64,000 nucleotides of DNA from Massalongia carnosa. Taxonomy: Eukaryota. Location of the stretch: the NCBI GenBank assembly GCA_965645245.1, contig OZ287084.1:558001-622000 (forward strand), read 5' to 3'. The position numbers and the translations under genes were made by a program. Below the pieces are notes generated by a model. It saw nothing but the letters and a program-made list of their open reading frames with translations, did no database searches and was not told the DNA's origin. Positions 51,715 to 64,000 of this stretch are shown piece after piece. Position 1 is the stretch's first letter. Each line of letters starts with the position of its first letter.

Positions 51715-54323
51715 GGATATCCCCCCCTCCCTTTTCTCACTCACTCTCTTCTACTCCATAACCACATTAAGTGACGTACCTACGTCATCGCTCGCTCGCT
51801 CACTCCCTCTTGACTACTACTTTAGCGAGAATCTAATAATTACCCAACCTACTAAAACCTACTCATCCGTACATACTTACATACGCTGTATCTATCTATC
51901 ATACACGAGTATACGTTACTAGTTAACACACACCTTCATCCAAAACCCAAACCCTAGAACCACAATCATAGTTTCTCGCTGAAACCTCTCCCCCCCCTCC
52001 TCCCCGAAAAACCGGCACGGAACCCCGTCCCCGAAAACCCAAACCTCGAACCATTCTGACGTTCCGGTTTCCCGATGACGTCCCGCCTGTTCGGTTATGC
52101 TTTCGACTATCGTTTACCTAGTTACATGGAGTTAAGGTGCCTTGGTAGGTTTAGTGGGACGTTTAACCCCCATCCCCGGTAGCCTGGTCGGTCGTTTAGT
52201 TGACACGACTAGGTGATTTTGTGTTGTGGGGATTTCTCAAGAACTGGGAGTTGGGCTCCCCGGCTGCGTGGATGCTGGGCTGGACTCACTAACTAGTTCC
52301 GTGGTTAGTTTCGTTTGGTAACTACGCTATGGATCTAGCGACTACGTTGGAGTAGCGAACCAGGTGGCCCGTGAGCCCTTGGTTGTTGTATGAACGGATC
52401 TGAGGAAACCGGAGTTGGATTGAGTGGGTTCGATTATGCGATGCTGTATCGAGCTACCCGGACGATACTAAATGACGATGGCTTCGTTCCAGCACACTCA
52501 TTTTCAGAAAGAACCGAGACTGGGTTGCCTAATTTGGCTAGGAACGAGTCGTGGGTGAGTCAGAGGAGATGGCTGGGTAGAAGGAGATGGCCGGGAAAGG
52601 ATGGGATTGGAGGGAAATGTAACGTTAGGTAGGTTAGAGTGAGATGAGATGACGGAAGTGTAGGGGAAGATTAATCAGGCAGGGCGAGGCAGATACAGGT
52701 AAGATAGATAGGCAGGCGGGGGTTGTCTGATTGGAGCGTGTGAGGATACAAACTACGTACTGAACTGGGTACCAAGGTTAAAAGTCGTTCGTTCGTCAGC
52801 TGATCGGTGATCACCAAACTAACCGGCCGGTGGCGAGTGAATCGGGTGATCGGTGCCGGGCTAGGTAGGTAGGTAGGGAGGTCCCGTAGAATGATGCTGA
52901 TGGAGAGTCACGCGGACGAATCTGTAAGGGGGAGCCTTGCCGAAGGGATCTACCTAGGCATGTAGGTACCTCCCATCTAGGAGAGAGTAGGGGCAAGCAC
53001 GGTGAGGAGAAGGGGAGGGTGAGTGTCTGAGCCTTGGTGTCTTTCTCTATCGTCGTTGAGTACGGTTGATAGGATCTGACGGTCAGGGCACGCAGGGGCC
53101 AGGCAAGATCTATCTACTGTGTAGGTACTTTGCCTTCCTACCTTCCTGCACTGTTCGTGCCCAGCGAAGGGGATCGGAATGGTAACCCGTAAAACGACAT
53201 TTCACGCACAGGGCACATCGTCTCAAAAAGGGGGTGTGTCATGTATATACCAATGGTGTGTTGTGAACCTTTTCCCCAATAACGAGAGCTTGCGCCTCCC
53301 CCCATTTCCCTGCTTTGTCCCTTCTCTCGTTTTTCCATCCCAGGGCTTCACCAATTGATTCACCCAACTTCGCCGTTTCATATATGCAAATGGTACCATC
53401 GCCCTCTCTCCCGACCCTAAAGGCTCGGCATCTTGCTCCCAGACAGGCCGCCGTTTGTAAAGCTCATCCACTGCTGCTGGAAGGTTGGATCCTTTCCTCC
53501 TTCTGTACCTCTACCACAAATGGCCGTAATCCAGCTCACTTTGGACCTGCTGTAAAATGTGTTGTCAAGCCAAACCCTGAAGCTTGCGGGCAATCCACGG
53601 AATGGAAAGTTCGAATAGCGAGTGCCGTTCGAAGAACAAGTTCCGAGGGGCCCCGATATCCAACCGAAGCGACCAAAAAAAAAAAATTTTCACTACCACC
53701 GCAAGAACCCCCAAAAAATCGAGTATTAACCGCCCGTGCCAATATCGACAAAAACAGTTCCAACCCCCCTAACCGTCGGAGAACGCTGGATCATTCTCGA
53801 CCGTAGACACGTAGTTTGCAAACTTACCCAGGACCATAAGAAAATTCAAGAATCGGTAACAACAGTCACCCCCCCCTGCAAGCCTGAAGCAAACGCGGTA
53901 TCTATCGTTGATAGGTACGAGAACATGATGGTGAATAAACGGCTGGTGGGGGGCACATTTGCCTTTGCTCGGGTGTGCCGAGGTGAAGATATGTAGATAT
54001 AGGATATATGCGGGATAAGGAGATCGTAATGAACGAACAACTAAATGAAGGAAGACCTGATGGTCACGAATGAATGACAAACGTGCGCCGCAAAAGTTCC
54101 AGATTTGCCTTTCAAGGGATGCCGCCCGGGATATACGCAATAAATAAAAGCCTGCCCAGTAAAATACGTAAAGGAAAGTGAAAAGAAGCCAATAGTTGTA
54201 AAACAGCGCCGATGGTGAACAAGTGTGGGGGAGCCCTTGCGTCTTTGGCAAGACGAACATGTTTTGCACGTGGCGGTTTTCCTCCACTAAATAGCCCAAG
54301 AGCGTGATTTAAGGCCCGAAGGC

Positions 54324-57300
54324 TTAATATTCGGTGGAAGAGAACGAACGGTTAAAGTCGTCTTCCTTGAAAACGACTAGTCTGATGGTTTCAAGGATAT
54401 TGGCGTCCATATCGAGCGTTGCGGATATACGGTGGTGTTTACGAAGAAATTTAATTGTACGATCAAAGAGCTTCTCAAGGCGGTCTCGTGGCACCAGGTG
54501 CTTGAGAGCTTTGGACATGTACGTAGTGGCCAAAACCATGATGTTCCCGAATTGCCTTCATTTGTGGTGAACATTAGCATTCAAAGGTATCTGGCCGCTT
54601 GTGTGACAGTCAAGCATGGAAGAAAAAACTTACGCGTGGGCGGTGCCAAAAATGTTCGTAACAATCAGTCGCTGGCGGTCAATAATGCTATCGAATGCTA
54701 TAGTACTGGACATGGCAGCTTGCACACACACTCGAGCGGAGTTAAGGATTTCGGTCTGGGCTTTTTGATCGTCCACATGTCCTCTGGGAGGACCCATGTT
54801 GCCGCTCCGACGCTCGTACGAGCTGTTGGAGTACCCCAAGGAACTGCTTCGAGCGCTCTTGAGAGAATCAAACCTTGGCGATTGAAAATCTGGAGCCTGT
54901 ATCTCACTGTCAAGGGCATGACGAAGGAATGGTCGATGAACGATATACATGGCACCGTAATATTTGGCACGCAATCGAGCGTCATTGATATCAGCAGCAG
55001 GTTCGTCGCCGTCATTCCACTTCATGTCATCCGGAAGCACCGTCCTCCACTGCTCGAGCATATGATTCAACGAATCACGCAACATGATCCTTTGCGTGGC
55101 ATTCTCCACGTCTGTGGGTGAATTTATAAGTACGTGACTGAAAACAAGCATGGTAGGTGAACATACGTTCTGGCGGATGAAGAGTACTTTGAATTTGATT
55201 CAAGACTGTGCGAATGTGGATCTGTCCCGAGTAGTAAAACATCATCGATTTTTGGCCATTCATGTCTCCGAAATCAGCTTGGTCAAGAAAGCCTTTGGGA
55301 TAGCTGACACCACAAACGTCTTGAATCCCGCTCCGAGGAAGATCGAGCTCGGCTAGTATGTCGCTTGGCTTGGTCAACAAGGCGAAGAAACGTGCACCGT
55401 AGGAGTCAGATCGCCTCACCTTTCTAACTGCGAACATGTCCAAAACGCAAATCTGATGAGGTCCGCACGCGCGTCACTCTCTTTCGCCAACGTAGGGCTG
55501 TGGAACCACGTTAGAAAGCCAAAAAAACCCTAGGCCAAGCACGAAGACTCACTCTCGCACAAGATACCGACAGGCTCTGCATGCGCTATTGATCCAAGTC
55601 CAGCTCTCAAAAGTACGGGCCAATTGGCTCGCATACAAGCCTGCGAGCAAGCTGGCTTGCACATGCGCCAGATCGTTTCCACCATGAAGGTTGCCCATTA
55701 TGTCTGTGGCCTGAGCATAATAGGCTAACCCAGGTATGATCTCAACGTTCCTCTTTCCTGGCAGAGAGTCGTCGTTCATTCGTCTTGAACTTGGGGTAAA
55801 TCCACTCAACGGCGAGGCAACTGATGGATTGCCTACTGACTGGGTGGAAGAGATGGGAGACTGCCGTATTGAAATCGAACATGGAGATGAAGGATCCAAA
55901 TTCAGAGGTGATAGAGGACCGGGTAGATCTTCATGCCATTCACAAATATTCCCTAAAGCCATCACCAAAAGAACGATTGCGTTCGAGATTTTCCTTTCCA
56001 GGGGCGGGTGCGTGACCGGCTGGGGTGATGAACCATTGGGTTCCGAGGCAAAGGGCTGGAAATGGCCATCGGAATGTTTTCTCTTTCCTGGTTTTTGCAA
56101 AGCGCCGAACGGTTCCACCCGTCCGTCGAGGGTTTGAGGAGGGGCTGACTTGACGGTGGACAGCCTGGTCGACGAGAGGTACCTGTCGGGATTATAAGTG
56201 GCCGCAAACGTTTCAACCATCTGGTGTAAAGTAGGCTTGTTGAGAAAAGGGTGCAGGATGTGAATATTATCCAGATAGCTTTGGAGGAGGCGCCGAAGCG
56301 TTGGCGTGTCTACGATTAACGTTCCGTCCGTTTTTAGACCTCCGATCTCACTGGTGGGTCTAGCATCGGCGAATTCGGCCCCCCAGAGGCCATCGGATGA
56401 AGAAGCTGGGCTGCGTACGTCAGGCGTCTCGTCGCTACGAGCGCTATTGGAGCTATTCGCTGGACTGGACGGGTGTCCTCCGTCGCCGGCATCATGGCCT
56501 TCCCCTATGCCATAAAGTCGCAGAAGACCTCTACTCTCTTCGAGCGTCATGACATAATCCTCGTTCATGTTCGAGGCTAACTTCGATTTCGAAAGGAGCG
56601 CTTTGATCGATAGCCATCGAAGAAGCCTGTGGGCAGCGGTGGTATGTTCGATAGCAACCTCGACCGGTTGCACAGCGCTCACACCCACGCTGGATGACTC
56701 GGTACCAACCGTAGCATGCGACCCGCTCGGGCTAGCGTCGACAGCGTTGGACTTTTTGTTCGAGGCATGAGCTATCGTTTGATCGGCTGCCGGTTTGATC
56801 TCGTGACCCTCTAACCCATGCGACGGATGATTATCAGCGTTGATAGGCTTACTTTCTTTCCCTGTACTCGACCTGGCGTGCGCATTCAGAGTTACCAACA
56901 AACTCTCGATGTTGTCGAATCTGTCCAGAAATCCCTGCCGCATCTCTTGCACTTCGTTGCAATAGGTATCTAATCGGTCCAGGATTGCTTGATTGGCACG
57001 ATCGGCCCTGTGACGGGTTAGGAGCTCGAAAAGATATGAAACGATATGGGGGAACCGTACTTAGCGGGAGCAACCGTTTGATAGTTGCACGTCATTGAGT
57101 TCTCGGCGCAGAAACCGCAAGATGGTCGGCCTTCATCGCATTTTGCTTTTCTGGTTCGACAAATGTCACATGCCTATGGTATCACATCAGCCGCCGGCGT
57201 TCGAGTCGTCCGTTCACAGCATTACCTGTGTCGCGCGGTTTCCTTTCTTCGGCCTATGCATGTTCTGATGATTGAGATGAGTGGCGTAGGCAGAGCTCCC

Positions 57301-57891
57301 GTACGGATGAGGGATGGCGTGGATTGCCGACGGATTATAATCGCTCGGATGGCCTGGAGCGTTTGGATGTGATGGTTCACTATAATTGGACATCGGAAGA
57401 CCATGGTGAGGATTGCCGTTCAAAGGGCCGTCATGGTTCGGGTACCCTTGGAAATGCCCAGCGTTTTCGATGGGATACTGCTGTGGATAATGTTGTCCTT
57501 CGTTGCCAGCGGCGGTGCTCAACGGGCGGGCGGTGGGGAATGTCTGATAGCCATCCGGAGAGCGCGTAGAACCAGAGGCGCTCCCACGTCGGGAATAGCT
57601 GGGGTCTACCGGATACGGTCGAGGGTCCCGGATGGGAGTATTGTGACCGGAGGGAGATTGAGTGTAACCGTGCGGGGTTGGATCTGGAAGATTTCTGTGT
57701 TCGTTGGAGGCGGATTCGTGATAGGGCGACGGTGGCAGCGGCTGCGGTATGTAGGAGGAGTTTGGCGGTGGAAGGGTGTTGACGGAGTAGTTGTGCGACT
57801 GTGAACTGGGAGGCTGCTGTTGCAGCCGATGCGACACATTATATGAATCTAACCGTTGCCGTTTTGACGTCTCTGATCCTGATCCATCCAT
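54324..57891 (-). CDS. Zn(II)2Cys6 fungal transcription factor (resembles the conserved McrA/VAD-3-like group; orthology unverified)
   Basis: Exons 57891-57226, 57173-57061, 57007-55553, 55497-55420, 55363-55167, 55111-54634 and 54555-54324. The binuclear cluster ACDICRTRKAKCDEGRPSCGFCAENSMTC is in exon 2, which the ORF track misses. Also EHTTAAHRLL, YLDNIHILHPFL, ARLRAKYYGA.Y..HRPFL and IVTNIFGTAHAQFGN. Confidence 0.93.
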
Positions 57892-59380
57892 CTATTCGGC
57901 GCGGTATGACAGCAAACTCCATCTGCTCTGCTGCTCGTAGCCGCCTCGCGCGCTTCGGGTATGCTCTGTTAACCCGGGCACATCACATTCGCAGCGAGTC
58001 ACCACCTTTCATCGGAGCTATCACAAAAGCTTTGCGAATCAAGCCAAGGGGAGGGGTTTTGGAGAGTTTCGAGAGGGGAGGGGGGGGTGAGGGGGCTGGA
58101 ATATGTCTGTATTCTGCACACGAGGACTATCACTACGCCAATTCAGAAGTCAACGCGCGCTCGCCATGGCTGTTGCATAGGTAGATTCTTGCCCCGCCAT
58201 TCACCAATGCAGTGACAGACCCAATCATCACCAGACATTTCTCTTATTGGTGGGGAGATGCACATACGTACCAAGCAGTCGGGAAGGTTAAAGGCGGTGA
58301 GATTGGCGATGCAGCTGATTGGACTTGTGTAGAACGAAAAGTATGAGAGAGTCGGTCTGGACAAGGGGAAATTTCAGTTGATCAGTCGGTAGGGATGGAA
58401 GGAATCAAGAAAGTGAAGTAATGCTAAAAGGGTGTTTGCTACTGCGGAAGTTGCTTTAACGGGAGGGGGGGGAGGGGAAAAAGTATGGTAGACTTTCGTA
58501 CGGTACTGCGTGCATTTGATGCATTATGCTGCACAGACGTACAGAGAATTTGCTGTTGGTAATAGGTGGGTAACTATGCAATATGAAATACAGAAAGTAC
58601 CTTGGTAATTAATATTCAACAATTCGGTTTTCTTGTTCGGACTTTCGACTCCCCTTTTCCTTTTTTTTTCTCTTCCTTTTCCTTCTCCTGCTTATTGCTT
58701 ATTGCTTGTTGCTTCTTCTTCGTCATACCAGCTGCTGTCTCTTCGTCTATGTCTCATCGACTATAGACCATTGATTACTCGATCGGGATCGAGCGAAGTC
58801 GTCGCCGCATGAAGTAGATCTTGGAAACCAGAGAGCACTAGGATCGACATGGCCTGATCGAGATTTACGGTTAGATAAATAATACGGTGGAACGTCTTAC
58901 ATCTGGCCTTGCCTGGAGCAGATTCCCAAGTCCACGGGAATGGAGTTTGGGGCGTGCACATCTTGCAGGGGCCTTCCAACCTCGGCGCACAGAGTTTGAA
59001 GACTTCGTCCCTTGCCAGCCTTAGTTAGGTAAAGTGTGTAAGCTATCGAGGTACGAGGTACGTAGCTATCAAAGTACCCCGCTCCCGTACAGAGTACTCC
59101 GCCGACACTCTGTGACTACCTAGAGTGCTCGGTACCTACTCTGTACCTCCCGTACCTCCCCCAGCCTCTCGGTGCCTGTGACGTGCCTGTGTGACGTTGC
59201 TGCGTTTATACTCGGTACTCGGTACCTACACCTCCAGGCACCTAGGTCTGCTCTCTCTATCATCGCCACCCTGCTCGTCCAACCGCTGGAGGGGGAGAGA
59301 AGAGAGAAGACACAATCTGAAAGGTTTACCGCGGTACCAAACAATGGATTCAAAGGTCATCGAAATGCAGCGCCTGCCTA

Positions 59381-59412
59381 TCCGTAGGTCCGTAGGTCCG
59401 TAGGTCCGTAGG
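59381..59412. repeat. 8-bp tandem repeat (TCCGTAGG) x4 upstream of the Zn2Cys6 gene
   Basis: Four exact units, read directly. Confidence 0.95.
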
Positions 59413-62400
59413 GACGTAGAGACATACATTAAATCGTGTTACCCAGTGGTCGGTTCGTTGGAACCAGAATAGTTTGACGGTTCCCACGTGGTACTAACTG
59501 TTTACTCGACACTAACTTGCCGCGAAGCCCACCAACTGAGGCCGTCTCCTTTCGAGTCTCGGTATCTTGTGAAGTATTTCTTCATGGCATCCATTCTTAG
59601 TCGTTCCGCTCGCGTGACGAAGGGTTTCTGCAGCGTTTGGTTACACCCATGGTTAACGACACTCGTCGCTTCCATGTCTGCAATATTGCTTGCAGAAAAA
59701 GGTTTTTCTTTAAATAGGTATTTTCTCCAATGTATTAGGCGAGTAGGGATTCCCAAGACAAATCAATGGCGTGCTAGTACCCCTGGCGTGCTACTGGTTA
59801 AAAAGGCGAAACTCCGAGAAAGTCAAAACCTAGGCTTCATGGCACCGATGGAGTTACTGGATTTGAAAGTAGTTGTACGAAGTAGTGGGTGAAGAATAAG
59901 GTTGGATATTTCATAGCTCAGATCAGACAAGCTGTCAGGCGTGTGATCCGTCTCCGGGGGGAAGGGGGCTTGTAAAACAGTCCTTTTGGAAGCACGCACC
60001 AACCAGAGATTGAGTTCGGTACTCGGAGACGAGCGGACTGGGATATGAGCAGCTGGAAATTCGCATTTCGCCATGCTATGATGGATGTGGAGGCCCAACA
60101 AGGAGTCAAGGACCCATCCGTGCCAGTCAAGTCCTTGTCTTTTATCGCATGGCAGTCTGCTAGTCCCCCTAGCCCCCCTAGCCACCTTAGTCAAGCCATC
60201 GCTCCACCCCTGTATCCTAGCACCGATAAGTCTGGGTCACGCCACATGTCAGCCAATCAGCATGACAGAGGTTTGCCACTTTCCACCGTCTCCTGAGTGC
60301 TGTTCCATCACTGGGAGGTTTAACGAGTAGCGCCGCTTTCCTATTTGAAGGGAGCTAAGTGAAGATCTCCAATACCTGCTATGTAGTTGTCTATGTTCAC
60401 TCCAACACGAGCATCCATCTTTTGGTCTGGAGTGGCGACCAGTCTTCAACGGACTCGTATCCGTAGTACCAAACCTGACGCTCTCGTGGGGGTTATTATT
60501 ATCGAGGGTTTTCTTGGTAATCTGTTGCTAAACCTAGTTTCTCCGCGCCGGCCTTTCTCGTCCAATCTTCAGATCTTAGGCCTATACGAGCAGGATTCAC
60601 TTATACTCCGTCAACGCAACTGATTGCCACTTGCTCAATTAGGTTTCAGAATAACGCCAAGAACCCGATTCTAACCACGTTCCTCTATCCCTTCGTACCA
60701 AGATTCAACACGTCAAACCCAACTTGCTAGTATCATGACGACGCTAGCCCGAAAGACATGTGTTTGGTACTGAGTATACGGTATTGTTCGGAACCTCAAA
60801 AATACCCCAGGTACACAAGGAGCAATTGCTACCACCCGCATCGTAGGAGAGGCATCCATCCTTCGGTCATGATACGACGAGTACCTTGACTTAATCACCA
60901 GATGACCAGAGACACGGCTAAAGAGGACTTGAAGATCGCAGTAGCCAAGCTGTCACCTTAGCCAGCCGCTAGTGATCAGATCAAAATGTGAGAGGTCAAT
61001 ATGATTGGGCGCCTAAAAGATTTCCCTAACGCCTTGGAATAATGAAGGAGAGTATACGTTCGATCTGAATTCGATCTGCAGACTGCGGTATAGAGTACCT
61101 ACATAGCTTTTAGAGCCTCACCCGAGGGCTATGATTTGTATCTCCATGTCTGGTCAAACTTTTTCTCACCTCCGGAGTGTATGATACTCTACTACTCGCT
61201 GCATCGAGACTGCTCGGCGCATTCCACCTCATTCATCTAAAGAATTTCAGGTGTCGCAAGTACCTACTGCGCGAATCATCCAGAGCAAACCCAAGGATGA
61301 AACATTTATCGCGTTCCCGTTATGTCTAAATCTTCAAGTCAATCCACAGAAGCGTCGGCAGGCTGCCGTCATTTTAAGCAAACGTGTATATCTTACCATT
61401 GGTCTGAACGACTATCTGGTTCTCACGGCATGGCATTTTTTCTTTCATGGTCTACTTACCCGCCTATCACACAGGGGGCTCCTCAAATCTTGAAGTGGTG
61501 TGTAAGATGTAGTCAAGGGTCAAACCAGCGGCTTTGCAGGAGGATTGTCATCCAATGTACGTGCATCTGTACACTGTAGATCATCATCAATGCCTCTCAG
61601 CTAACCGTAGTCGACAAGCCAGCTTTCAAGTGCATCACAATGTTGCAATGACACATTTTTATGTGATTTGGCACCAGCTGGCTGCCAAATTTTACCGAAT
61701 CCGGTGGTTATTCCCCAATTGTTGCTTATTGATTGGTCTTATCAAAAAACTAGTGAAACGAGAGGTATTTCCTTAGATTTTGCAATTTCTGTGCCGTACT
61801 TTTACAGAGTTGTGAATAGGTCTGTGTGTTTCTCATGCTGCATTCTTAGACCTCTTTGCTCCTGCCAGGGTCACATCTTCAATCGACAGCGTCTGCAAGC
61901 TACCGACTTCGGTCTTTGACATGTTAACTAGCATTCGGCGTCGCAGACCTTACGGCTATCCGAGCTTCAATGTTTTCGCTTCTTCTTCTGCAAGGAGGGG
62001 CAGTAAGATGCCACTGTGATTGAGAAGTATTTCTTAAGCTGCAAGGTAAACCTCATGACGCAAATCATTGTCTGCACTGCTCCTGTACGTCTCCTATCCT
62101 TGGGCTACGGATAACTAAGAATTTTCTTGATGGCGCTTTGGACGCTAACATGAATCATGATGATCTCGCATTAAGCACAAGACACCTATCTCAACAATGG
62201 ATAGGAACTCTGTATGGACGCTAACTTCTTGCATGTCAATTGAATCGTCCATCTGCTTGTCCTGCTAAGCTTGGGGTTGATCGAAGATCTGGCAGCTCTC
62301 TCAGGATATTGCATGCTTGGCTTTCCTTTCCCCTGGCCATGTAAGACTCCATGCATCCCATACATGTTAACTAAACTACTTTGGTTTTCCCAACAACCAG

Positions 62401-64000
62401 GTCTAGGCCTCGATCCTACTCTAGGTCTTTCGTTAAGACCAACCGACTAACTTTCGAGTTTGAACAGGTGCTGCAACAACACGATTTTTGAGTGATTTCC
62501 CCGTTCATGGGTGATAGCTTTGAGTTTGGTATCTGCATTCAGTGATCTCTTTTGATCGACCTTGCATGAGGATGCATCTTACCCCTTTCTCCGCGCTTCT
62601 CTTTTCCATCCCTTCGAAATCCTTCCTTGGCTTGTCTTTCCCCGCTCTCCTTCTTATATATGACATCTGCACATTTTGTTTGCACCAGCTCATTGCATAT
62701 AGGAACCACTCCAATGTGAGGACTTAACTGCATCACTGCCTGAAAAGTTATCGCTTGCAATTATCAATGGTCAAAGCGCAAGCGTGCTCACTATCACAAG
62801 TGCATTGTGAGAACTAGGTAAGTGACGAAACCGCATGGTTAACAGGTACTCTACATGACAAATCTCATTTCGGTAGTGCGTATCGGGTTGACCTGGAGGA
62901 ACAACGCGTAAGAAGGATAGAGTTGAGCAAGATTAGAAATCGACAGGTCATGCAGAAAGGGTGGTTAGCCATTGGTCTTCTTCCTAGCTGATTCTCAAGG
63001 TGCGAAACAAGCAATCTTTGTCGAAACTGATATTAAAAATTGATTGCGGTGGACGAACCCTGGGCGATTGGTTTAGCCATTGGTGTTTATGGGCACGTTG
63101 CAGAGAAGGTAAGTCAGCTTCTCCATGGTGCCAATCTGAGTCTGCAGCTTCGTTCGTATACCCCCAGATAGAATAGACTATATTGAGCTCTTGGATCTAC
63201 CACGGTCTTCTCTTCTCGAGCTTTGGACAGCCTTACAGCTCAACAAAATGGTGACCGCCTTGATTTAAGAAAATCTCTGTCCAGAAGCGTCTGGATGGAG
63301 GCTGTAGAGAAGATGGACCCTGTCTCCAACCCCTTCCGCGATCTTGGTACGAGATTCTGCTTTTTCATATAGCGAGGGATTATGAAAAGAAAAAGCGCAC
63401 AAATGTTCATGCCAAAAAATTCTGCTTTTGCTTCATTAAGAGTACCAAACGGCAAACCTTACTACATTTCACTCTATCAAGGAGGTCTTCTTTTCATTCA
63501 ACTTTAACAAGCCCAACACCCATAACTACAAATTCTACAATATGCAACCGTAACAGAAAAAATCTTTAATGTCTGCGCCCTTTACCGGACCTTTTCACCA
63601 CTGCTTCTTCCTCAAGCCGCACAACGCAAAACCTCCCAAATTTCCTACGAAATAAGAAGTCCAGGCCCCCGTCCCTTTCCGCTTAAACAGAACACCAACT
63701 GGTCCCGTCACCGCCAATCCTTTTTGAATAATCTTTTGAAGCGTGAGACCTCATCCCACCCTTAACAACATCCCAAAAACTCCACACACGACTCGAGCAT
63801 CGACAAAACCTCTAATACAATCTCCTTAATTCAATCAATCCGCATTTCCTTTCCAAACACCGCAAGCGCTCTCTTCTCTCCGCATTCTAGCGCACCTTTC
63901 GATGAAGAATGAAATGATCCTCGCATATAACTGCCTAACACGCTCAATACTATTCTACCTAGTCCATGCATACTCTTATCATACACGACCCACTCCACCC

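Noticed and set aside
63000..64000. Weak protein-like stretches on the minus strand at the window end
   Set aside because: They have frequent stops and no assignable domain, and would need the adjacent window and BLASTX.

Overview
This is eukaryotic DNA from a filamentous ascomycete (Pezizomycotina; the exact lineage cannot be determined from the sequence). It has short GT-AG introns with CTRAY branch sites, so most ORFs in the supplied track are exon fragments. I reconstructed 14 genes by hand, most of them spliced: DIM1 (cut by the window edge), PRP6, ADA1/HFI1, an ArAE/FUSC-like membrane protein, a PtpB-type tyrosine phosphatase, 5-oxoprolinase, a MIT-domain protein, a flotillin, a POT/PTR peptide transporter, a Ser/Thr-rich secreted protein, a secreted App1-like HAD phosphatase, a Zn2Cys6 transcription factor with very long noncoding flanks, and two hypothetical proteins. 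The 30.8-38.6 kb segment holds the mobile DNA. (i) A nearly intact 1,343-bp IS630/Tc1/mariner-type element has ~107-bp TIRs and a DD38E transposase broken by one frameshift. It is flanked by G-runs instead of the TA duplication expected for this superfamily, and is the most striking feature of the window. (ii) An 812-bp non-autonomous Mutator-like element has 71-bp TIRs, a 9-bp TSD and a coding-like cargo. Splicing oddities include a GC-AG intron and a start codon apparently split by an intron. I found no rRNA, tRNA or CRISPR. All family assignments come from recognising motifs by eye, not from database searches.
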